Shown in pieces: positions 1-9,800 of a stretch of 64,000 bases of DNA. Each line of letters opens with the position of its first letter. Position 1 is the stretch's first letter. This DNA comes from an uncultured Ruminiclostridium sp. GTDB lineage: Bacteria > Bacillota > Clostridia > Oscillospirales > Ruminococcaceae. The position numbers and the translations under genes are program-made. The DNA is taken from the NCBI GenBank assembly GCA_947630175.1, contig CANRGJ010000013.1, forward strand, positions 7,090-71,089. Direction: 5' to 3'. The notes under the pieces were generated by a model, which was given only the letters and a program-made list of their open reading frames with translations, ran no database searches and was not told the origin of the DNA.

Positions 1-112
1 TTGAAAGCTACATTTTTAGTGCAGGATACACAAAGAATGCAGCTTTTTGTTTTATATATTTACTAACCGCAGGTTAAAACATTCCTGCGGTTTTGCTTTT
101 GTGAGGAAAACG

Positions 113-982
113 ATGAATAAACTTCGAGTGGCAGCCTACTGCCGAGTGAGTACAAACCACGAAGAACAAAAATTGAGTCTTGAAACGCAGATTTCTTATT
201 ATGAGAAATTTATTTCAAAACATGAAAACTGGCAATTAGTGAAAATATATGCCGAGTGTGCTTCGGGAACCCAGTTAAAGAAACGTCCTGAATTTATGAA
301 AATGCTAAAGGATTGTAGACATGGAAAGATCGATTTGATACTGACAAAGTCAATAAGTCGTTTCGGAAGAAATACGCTGGACACTTTAAAAACACTGTAT
401 GAACTTTTCAGCTCAGGCATTAAAGTCTATTTTGAGAAAGAAAACCTGAACAATTATGATAAGGAGATGAGAACCATTATGGGAATTTACGCAGGATTTG
501 CACAGGAAGAGAGCAAAAATATGAGCGATAACATCAAATGGGGAATTAGAGAAAGAATGCGCGAAGGCAAAGTGTGTCTTAACTGCACACGCTTTTTAGG
601 CTATGAAAAAGATGAGAATGGCAGATTGGTGATTGTAGAATCCGAGGCGGTTGTAGTCAGAAAAATATTTGAACTGTATCTTAACGGTTGGGGTGTTCGT
701 AAGATCAAGAAATATCTTGAAGAAAACGGTATCAAAACTGTAACAGGTAAGGATATATGGAGCACCTCAACGATTGACCGCATTCTCTCCAATGAAAAGT
801 ATGTCGGCGATGTGCTAATGCAAAAGAGCTTTACCCAGGACTTTCTCACGGGAAAACGTAAGAAGAACGAGGGAGAGTTGAATATGTACTTTATAGAGAA
901 AGATCATGAGGCAATTGTTAGCAGGAAGGTGTTTGAGAAAGATCAAGAAAGAAAAACAAATACTCACACATTTAATGGATAA
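113..982 (+). CDS. Serine site-specific recombinase (resolvase + recombinase domains, no C-terminal Zn-ribbon)
   Basis: MNKLRVAAYCRVST with catalytic Ser, SGT..KRPEF, TKSISRFGRN, recombinase-domain GYEKD and NEKYVGD; ATG at 113 after GAGG. Confidence 0.9.
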   Translation: MNKLRVAAYCRVSTNHEEQKLSLETQISYYEKFISKHENWQLVKIYAECASGTQLKKRPEFMKMLKDCRHGKIDLILTKSISRFGRNTLDTLKTLYELFSSGIKVYFEKENLNNYDKEMRTIMGIYAGFAQEESKNMSDNIKWGIRERMREGKVCLNCTRFLGYEKDENGRLVIVESEAVVVRKIFELYLNGWGVRKIKKYLEENGIKTVTGKDIWSTSTIDRILSNEKYVGDVLMQKSFTQDFLTGKRKKNEGELNMYFIEKDHEAIVSRKVFEKDQERKTNTHTFNG

Positions 983-1089
983 ATAATCGATAAAATGAAT
1001 ACAATAAATATATTTAATCTATTCTATTGACAAAAAATCGGAAAGGTGGTACACTTATGTTAGGTAATGTGGTTTGGAGGTTGATCCCA

Positions 1090-1950
1090 ATGAAAATTTT
1101 TATTAGTTGGTCAGGAAGTAAAAGCCAAAAAGCTGCTGAAATTTTAAAACAATGGATTCCATGTGTAATTCAAAGTGTTGAACCTTATTTTTCATCTGCG
1201 GATATTGATAAAGGCGCCAGATGGAGTACTGATATTGCTAAAGAGTTACAAGATGCGTCCTTTGGGATACTTTGTGTTACAAATGAAAATCTTTCTTCTG
1301 CATGGCTGAACTTTGAGGCAGGAGCTCTTTCAAAATCTATTGAACAATCGAAAGTTTGTCCTTTCCTAGTGGATTTGAAACCATCTGATATTCAAGACAG
1401 TCCTATTTTACAGTTCCAGATGGCCAATGCAACAAAAGATGATGTTTTTAAATTGTTTAAAAGTATTAATACAAATTTAGGCGAGATGAAATTGAATGAG
1501 AATGTGTTAAGTACGACTTTTGAAACATTTTGGCCTAAAATTGAAGAAGCATTAAAGGAGATTTCCACAACTGCCGATGTAACGCCTTCCAAAAAGAATC
1601 TTAAAGATGCTCAGTTGCCAATAGAGGAAATTTTAGATTTGGTTCGTTATCAACATAAGTTACTTAAATCTCCAGAAAATTTGTTACCAGCTGAATATCT
1701 AATTGAAGTTTTCAGAATGGCTAACAGAAATTTTCCTAAGGAATTTATATTGGAAATAGACGAACAGCTTCATATGATTGAAATGTTAGCATCAGATGCC
1801 CTTGATAAGTGTTCAATAAAATATAAAGATAATCAAGATACGACTATTGCGCCTATGTGCGCAGGTCAACTTAAGGAAATACAAGAAAGAATTCAAAGGC
1901 TGAGCACAATGATAAGACGAAGGTATAGAAATTCTAATTTTATTTTATAA
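1090..1950 (+). CDS. TIR-domain protein (TIR_2-like N-terminus, unknown helical C-terminus)
   Basis: MKIFISWSG...DIDKGARW...WLNFEAGAL with conserved TIR Glu; GGAGG 9 nt before ATG 1090 (alternative start 1057). Confidence 0.85.
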   Translation: MKIFISWSGSKSQKAAEILKQWIPCVIQSVEPYFSSADIDKGARWSTDIAKELQDASFGILCVTNENLSSAWLNFEAGALSKSIEQSKVCPFLVDLKPSDIQDSPILQFQMANATKDDVFKLFKSINTNLGEMKLNENVLSTTFETFWPKIEEALKEISTTADVTPSKKNLKDAQLPIEEILDLVRYQHKLLKSPENLLPAEYLIEVFRMANRNFPKEFILEIDEQLHMIEMLASDALDKCSIKYKDNQDTTIAPMCAGQLKEIQERIQRLSTMIRRRYRNSNFIL

Positions 1951-2280
1951 AATCTTTTATTCATCTATAAGGAACTAACTCCCATAGTTCAGACGAAATT
2001 AGATGATTTTCTTCGAACCGTCTTTTTATGGTTAACACTATATTTATTCTGAATTTCAAAATGGACAAATGGTGGAATCCTAATCCCATTATTTTTAAAT
2101 TTAGAAAATCCACGCAATATATTTAGATACATTAAAAAATGGCTTTTCTGTATATCACATTTGGTAGCTATGATTAGCTTCTTAGGCAAAAATTGAAAAA
2201 ATCCTTTTGGCAATGATGTCATACAATGGCCACGCCTTGAGCCATTGCGTCTCGTAGGTTGCTGCGAAATGTTTTGTTTT

Positions 2281-2746
2281 TGCTCGAATTAAAAAAATCT
2301 TTTTTGTAAAGGTTAGACGCGTACTAAAGCCCGCTGTTTCACAGCGGGCTTTAGTACTGCACATTTTTTACTTTCCTTTGCCATAATGGAATTTCAATTT
2401 TTGCTTCGCAAAAACTGTAAAAAAGCGCACTTCCCGAAAAGTATTTTTTATAAAGGTTAGACACGTCGTTAGGAAAAACACCCTCGATAACGAGGACATT
2501 TTTTGCAAACGGGAAAAGGCTTCGTCCGTCGCCTTACGGCTCGTCCCCAGCTCTTTTCCATGTGCAATTTTTCTTGAATTTCCCTAAAGGAAATTCATTT
2601 TGCTCCGCAAAACCGAAAAATCGCAGCGTGCTCCCAAGGAGGGAGGAGCAGTTTTAGTTAACCACCCAAAAAACTTTTTGACAGCGTCACACGCCCGTCG
2701 TTAGGAAAAATGCCCTTAAAGAGGGCATTTTTTGCAAACGGGAAAA
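2281..2746. repeat. Composite palindromic/direct-repeat intergenic region
   Basis: Perfect 17-bp stem 2321-2357; CGTCGTTAGGAAAAA...TTTTTTGCAAACGGGAAAA at 2464-2517 and 2696-2746; AAAGGTTAGACRCGT twice; TTTTGCTYCGCAAAA twice. Confidence 0.75.
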
Positions 2747-2864
2747 TTCCTCATCTACCCAAGAAAAAATTTTTAAAAAATTTTACCGGAAAATATTGGC
2801 ATTTGACTGAAAATATGTTATACTGTAATAAAGGAATACACAATACGACACGGAGGTACAAAAT

Positions 2865-3602
2865 ATGACATTAAAACGTATTCTGGCGGCGTTTTTAGTG
2901 CCTGTAATGATGTTCACGACAGCCTGCGCACGGCAGAATGAAGTTCAGGAACCGCAGGAAGGCGCAACAGTAGTGATGACGTCCTCTCAGGAAGAAGCTC
3001 TGAAAGCAGACGCTGAACCTGTGACCGCCGAGCAGACTGATGAACAGACCCAACAGCAAACTGACGAACAGACGGAAGCGGAGAGCACCGAGACCGCCGA
3101 AGCTGAAAATACCGAGCCTACCGAAGAGGAGCAAACGACCGGTCCCCAGGATAATATATATCCTCCCGATAAGCAGACGCCTATCGAAACAGGCTCCGAA
3201 ACACGCCCTTCCAAGCCTACTGTCGGCTTTTCCCTGCCGCAATTCGGGCATTACTATTATGACGTTACAAGCGTGGTATTGTACCTTGAGCTGTACGGCG
3301 AACTGCCGCCCAATTACATAACGAAGGCGGAGGCGCAGTCCCTCGGCTGGCGAGGCGGCTCGCTTGAACCGTATATGCATGGCGGAGCTATCGGAGGAGA
3401 CAGATACGGAAACTTTGACGGCAAGCTGCCGAGAGCAAGCGGCAGAATTTACACCGAATGCGACATAGACACTATCCTGCTGGTAAACAGAGGCTCGCAA
3501 AGACTTGTGTTCTCCAACGACGGGCTTTACTTCTACACATCAGACCACTATGCCACCTTCTCTCAGGTGTTCGTTACAGATGATTTTGAAGTAATATGGT
3601 AA
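2865..3602 (+). CDS. Lipoprotein with acidic linker and barnase-like (N1/T1) ribonuclease domain
   Basis: Lipobox-like FTTAC; LPPNYITKAEAQSLGW, IGGDRYGNFDGKLP, YTECDID, RLVFSNDG, YTSDHY parallel the barnase sequence. Confidence 0.88.
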   Translation: MTLKRILAAFLVPVMMFTTACARQNEVQEPQEGATVVMTSSQEEALKADAEPVTAEQTDEQTQQQTDEQTEAESTETAEAENTEPTEEEQTTGPQDNIYPPDKQTPIETGSETRPSKPTVGFSLPQFGHYYYDVTSVVLYLELYGELPPNYITKAEAQSLGWRGGSLEPYMHGGAIGGDRYGNFDGKLPRASGRIYTECDIDTILLVNRGSQRLVFSNDGLYFYTSDHYATFSQVFVTDDFEVIW

Positions 3603-3615
3603 GAGAATAGAACAT

Positions 3616-3648
3616 ATCCGAGGCGGTATTTCCGCCTCGGATTTTTTT
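3616..3648 (+). terminator. Intrinsic terminator
   Basis: ATCCGAGGCGG-N5-CCGCCTCGGAT plus T-run. Confidence 0.85.
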
Positions 3649-3832
3649 ATTTTAAGGACTTTATGAAAATATTGTTTTATATCCCCTTACTTTTTTAGGC
3701 AATAGCATTGACTTTAATTCAGTATTAGTGTATAATTGTATAATAAAACCCAAAATTGGAAAATTTTGGTAAAATCCCCCAGATCACTTTTTTGTATGTG
3801 ACAAAAGACTTTAAAAAACAGGAGGAAAAACA

Positions 3833-6800
3833 ATGAAAAGGAGAATGTTGAGACGAAGGATACTGAGCTTTATCACTGCGCTTGTTATGTGCATAAACTC
3901 TGTTCCCGTCACGGCTATCACCGAGGAAAGTCCCGACCAGGCGGAGCTCAGGAAAAAACTGTACAATATGGTGGACTCCGAGGAATATCCCAACGGTCTT
4001 ATTAATTTCCTGACTCCTCAGATGGAATGTACCGAGGGACAGGAATTTCTGGAATTTGCCGTAGTGAGATACGGTCCCACAAACACCTTTGCCTCTGTAC
4101 AGTTTAAGGCGATAGATATTTCCGCACGCTACGGCGAGGATTATTATATAACGGTTCCGGGAATATTCAGCGACTCCCGCCTTGAGCAGGACCCCGATTC
4201 AGTTCCCATACTTGAATTTACCGCTGACCACGCCAACAACAGCGAGCTGACCCTTGGCAGTAGCATTTCCGATGAAAGCGCTGCCGAAGAGGAAACCTCC
4301 GACGAAGAGGAAGAAACTCAGCAGCCCGCAGAGGAAGCCGAACAGCAGGAGGAAAAGGAACAGGACGATAACGCCGAAAACCCCTTTGCCGCCGCTGAAA
4401 ACACGGCTAATGGCAAAGGAGCTTTAAGCTCGCTTGCCTCCGCCCGCACGGCGCTTCTGGGCGTACCCACCAGCACCGCTACATGGCAGGATAACGAAGC
4501 GGCTAAGAAAATAGTTGCGCAGGCGCTTGTAAATCAGACTATGGGCTATTATGACGATATGCCGGGAGCCTGCTTCACGATCAATTTTGCACCCGGCGAG
4601 AATATGAAAGTCCTCAGATTCTGCATAACCGACGACGCAGTTTCAGAGAGCGAAGAGCAGGTGCTGTTCGTGCTTACGGACGCCGAAGGCTCCGCCATTG
4701 ACGCCAACCCTACGGGCTATATGAATATCAAAGATAACGAGCCCGCAGAGGAATCCGTTTATTCCTTTGAGGAAAGCGTAGTTTACGCCGACCCGAATGA
4801 AAGCTACGTTACCGCCACGCTTCTGAGAACTAAGGGCACGGAACGCTATGATACCGTCACCGTCGGCACTTCGGCGCTGACTGCCGTTCCCGACGTGGAT
4901 TATCTTGCCCTTGAGCAGAATATAACCTTCGTTCCCGGACAGACAAAGCAGACTGTCCGCATACCCATACTCGGCAACAAGAGGGAAGAAGGTCTGACCT
5001 TCAACCTCCAGACCCGCGGTGAAGCGACTGAAGCGGCAGTTACCGTCGCGCTTGCTTCCGACGACGGAAACGGCACAACAGCCGCAGGAAACTCCGCCCT
5101 TGACCCTGCCGACAAAACGGGTCACAGCTTCAGCCCCGATGTATCATATCAGGGACTTTCTGGAAGCGGTACTCTTAAATACCGTGTATACAGGTGGACT
5201 AAGGAAGTCACCTCCACCGCAAGTGACAGCATAGGCAGGCACGAATACCTTATCCCCGCCTCTATGAGTGGCATACAGAAAATACAGTATACTATCGACG
5301 ATGTGGAAAACGGCACTCCCTACACCGTTGTCAGCGACTGGGGACATGAGACGTATTTCTACACAGGCTGTGAGGATCGCCTTGGGGTTATCGCAGGCTC
5401 AACGTTTTTCAGCTCCACCAACGTGCAGGATCCTCCAGTGAACAATGCCACAGGCACGCTTAACGACACTGACCGCACCAAAACGGGCTTCGTCCTTTCA
5501 TCAGGCGCAAGGGACGGCAACCAGAAAACCGACCTGAAGCTCACCTATATGGACGCATACGTCAGCCCCGTACAGATTTTGCTTCTTGACCCTCCCGATG
5601 AAGACCCCGACGGAAGCGTCAACGCCTACACCTGGACGGCTCAGGACACGCGCGGACCCTCCTTCACTACGACCAAAATGGGACGCCTCGGTTTTGCAGG
5701 CGATCTTGAAAGCACAACAAAAGTCGTATACCCTGACGGCGACGCCACGGGCAAGCTGAGCTTCGTTCCCGTTTATGAATCGGGAATAACCGCCGATATA
5801 GCAAGCAGGACTTACCTCTGGGGCTATAAGATCCTGCGCAAGGCAGGTCTGCTTGACGACGCGCTCTATTATTACATCAAGGGCACCGATTTCAACGTCA
5901 ACGACTTTATGAACGACCGCCTGGTAGACGGTATGACAGGCAAGACAGTGCTTCACGCCACCTGCGGAAATACCGCGACTGACGGCGACGTGACCTACTA
6001 TCAGTACAGCATTGAGCCTGTATTCAGAGCAAAGGACGCCACTGTAAGACTCAGCTGGGACGATACAAAGCTTCGTGCTGATAAGGGCGCTTTCGTAAAC
6101 GGCAAGTCAATGACTGTCGGTATGCTTGACACTATAAGCTACCGCCTCATCTCTGCTCCCGGACAGACAGAGCTTCCCGGCAAATATACAGGCTTTGTTG
6201 CAGATTCCAGCGTTGATACCAGCAACACCTCAGTGTCCTATAACCTGAACATATCTGCGGTAAGACCTCTTGACGGCACCACTCAGCAGTTTGATGAACA
6301 GCTGAACTTCAAGCTCACCCTGACCCTGCAGGACGGCTCTACCGTCACCCGTGACGTAACGATAGACACAGGCGACGAGCTTTCAAGACTTGTTACCTTC
6401 TCGGTGAACAAGACCTTCAGCTTCACTCAGGAGGAGCTTGGCGCAGACAGCATAGTCAGCGCAAGCCTTACCACAAATTCTCTTGAAAAGGGCGTAAAGC
6501 TCAGCGGCAGCTTTGAAAAGCGTATGTTCGGCAGGACCGTGCAAAGGGCCGCATTCACCGAAACAAAAGCTCCCGACACGAAGACCAATTTCACTATCAG
6601 CAGTAACTTCACTCAGACATTCTCATTCAAGGCAGTGGACAGCTTCCCCTTCAACGTGGCTGAACCCGGCAAATTTGATTTCAAGCCATCTTCACCCTAT
6701 ACTGAGATAACTGCGATAGCAGGCTCCGCAAGCATTGACGTGCGCTATGACCCTGCAAGCTCCTCCGACGGCAAAAATATAGGCACCGTCCTGCATATCG

Positions 6801-9800
6801 GTGAGGACGGCACAGGCGACAGGGCAGACCCCGACAAGGGTCTTCAGATAGATAACGTAAAGCTGAACACCCTTTATTCCTTTAACGGAATATACAGCGA
6901 CGAGGGCGACGGCGGCGCAAATATCCTGCGCAGAGACTGGAAAATAGTCTGGAAGGACTGGACGGGCGACGTCAACCGTGACGGCGTCATCTCCAAGGAA
7001 GAACAGGCAAGCCTTGGCAGCTACGGCGACAAGATAGACCGTACCGCCATTTCGGGCAACACCTTCCAGTTCGTTCCCATTTTCTCAAATTCCCAGATAT
7101 ATTATTCCTTTGTAAAGCGTGACCCCGCGCCCGACGACGGACGTATACTCACCGTAAAGGGTTGCGTTTTCCTCCAGAAAGGAACAGTCCTCAACAATCT
7201 TGATTCCCGCGGACTTATCACCAGTTCAGTCCCCGTGGAGGGAGCCACGGTAACCGTTGACGGAATGAGCACAACCACCGATAAGAACGGCAACTTCAGT
7301 TTCTCAAGCCAGTATTTCCGCAGCGGTGAAAACTATCTTGCAACGATCAGCTATCAGGGACTGACTTACAGCGTTGTTATACAGGTCAACGCATTCAAGA
7401 ATATTTTCCTTGAAGAGTTCAAGTTCTTCACTCCCTTTGAGCTTAAGGGATACGTTAAGAGTGGCGACAGCTTCAGCGCCATGGATCTTAACAATCCCAT
7501 ATTCCCCGACAATGCGGACAGCATTCAGAAATGGACCTTCAAGCTCTCGGAAAATGTGGCGAATATCTCGGCGGAAACAGTCAAGCTCAATCTTTACGAT
7601 ACAGAGAAAAACCTTCTGACGTCTGTACCCGCCAAGTTCGACGCTTCAAACTTCACCTGGTCGGCAGAGTTCAATCCCGCCAACTACGAGGGCACTGATT
7701 CAGGCACAGCCCGCGTACTGCCCGCAGGCTCAACTATGACCATTTCCGTTGTAGGCAGTGACGGCGTAACATACCCCGAATTTGAAGTAGGCGTAGTTTA
7801 TAAGAAAGCAATATCTACAATAACAGTCTTGAATACTTTCCAGACTCCCGCAAGTGAGCTTATCAACTTCATAGGCACCCTTGACGCAAAGTTCAATCTG
7901 GGAATGTCCGCAACAGTGGACAAGGAGCTTAAGGATAGAGCCGAAGTAAGCGGCGACAGAGTTCTCATTTCATTCGGTATCAACAAGGAATTTGAAGGAC
8001 AGTTCAACGACACCGAGGAAGAGGACGACAAGGGCGGCAAGGACAGCAAGCCCAAAACGGATTCGAAGAAAGCCGATCCTTCAAAGCCTGCTCAGCAAAC
8101 CAAAAATTCCAACGTTCTGGATTATCTTAAAGAAATAGCCAAGGGTGAGCTTACCGAGGGCGCTGACCCTAAAAAGGCGCAGGAGGCAGTGTCAAATGCG
8201 ATCAAAGGCACCACCTCCAAGACCAGCGGCAGCGTTATGGAAGGCTACCAGCTTGATATGGGAATCGGTCTTTACCTCTCCCTGAGAATAGACAAGGCCA
8301 CGGGAGATCTGTATTTTGACGGACTTATCGTTGCCGCCGCAATGCTGGGAGACGTGGGCTATAAGTTCTCAATGGCAACTCCCATAGGCGTAACGCTTGT
8401 AGCAGGACTTGACTTTGGCGGAAACATCACAGGTCTTGTGGCGGTAGAGCCTCACAACTTCGCAAAGATAAAGTTTGACGGAGAAGGCTCTATCGACGTT
8501 ACCAAGGCGGGAGATTTATCGAGTGGTCTTGACGTTTTCGGCAAGCTGTTCGTTTCGCCTTACATCGTGATAAGCGCAGGCGTTGAGGCAAGCACACAGG
8601 GCTTTTCCGCCGCAAGCATAACGGTAAGCGGCAAGGCGCTGTTCGATATGGCATTCTCCAGTGCGGGAAGCGGCAAGGGCAGCGTTACAATGAGCTGCGA
8701 GCTTGCTCTTAACGTGCTCGGCATTTTCAGCAAGTCCTGGACAATTGCACAGGGAACATGGCAGCTGTTCGACTATAATCCTCGTATGCTCAGGGGAGAA
8801 TTTGAAGGCGACTTACGCTTTGACACGGTAACTTCTGACGACACTATGGATCATTCCTATCTTGATAACAGAACGGAATGGGACGGCGTGGGCAGTAAGG
8901 ACACCTCCGAGGGAGGACTGCTGGGCTCCACCAACGGACTGAGCCGTGAGGAAACTCTCATAGAGGGCATTTATCCATACGCAAATCCTCTGATAATGTC
9001 TATCGGCGATAAAGACGAAGACGGCCTTGAGGAACAGATAATGGTATTCCTCGACACCGATACCACCGACAAGAATACTCAGAACAGCACGAGAATTTAT
9101 TACTCCATATTTGACAATCATGAATGGAGCCAGCCCCAGGAGGTTGACGCCCCTGACGACAGACTTCACGACGATTCTCCCAACATAGCCGACCTGGACG
9201 ACAGGATACTGGTTGTCTGGACCAGCGCAGAATCTGCCGTAACAGACGATACGAACCCCGTAGACGTTATGAACAACCGCAACATCAAGGGACGCTTCTT
9301 CTTCAAGGACACCCGCACATGGAGCGATATAACCGATATCACGGTAAGCACCGACGAGGACACTGCGGGCGACGACCGTCCCACTATCAGATACTGCAAG
9401 GACGATGAAGGCAACAGATACCTCGTGCTCACTTACGTCAAATCCGTACACACCGCAACGGGCGCTAACGGCGAAGACGTTCTGGTAGGCGATATCCTTG
9501 ACCCCAAGTCGGAGCTTGCTTACAGATTCTATGATTTCAAGACAGAATCCTGGGTATCCGAATACGACGACGCCACTATGCAGAAGCTTACTGCAAGCCT
9601 TGGCTCTGCAAAGGCGGCGGAAGAATTTGAAGATAACTGGTATGGACAGAATTTCGTAGACCTTACTTCAAGCGACGATATAGCGCAATCCGACCCCGTA
9701 GTTACCGACAACGGCGGAACGGGCTTTACGGACAGGAACGGTCATGCGATAGACGCAGGCGCATACATCGTTGATATGGACGGAGATAAATCAACCGTTG

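Larger units (their letters stand above)
1..2200. mobile_element. Probable terminal segment of an integrative element (ICE/IME/prophage-like) carrying recombinase + TIR cargo; boundary approximate
   Basis: Visibly AT-rich versus the rest of the window; serine recombinase at the window edge followed by an unrelated cargo gene. No att site identified. Confidence 0.5.

Noticed and set aside
2182-2364. 60-aa ORF or att-site gene remnant
   Set aside because: No match recognised to usual serine-recombinase targets; runs through a hairpin repeat.
6961-7020. Dockerin in the 2634-aa protein
   Set aside because: Only one GDVNRDG motif, no second repeat; treated as an isolated Ca-binding loop.
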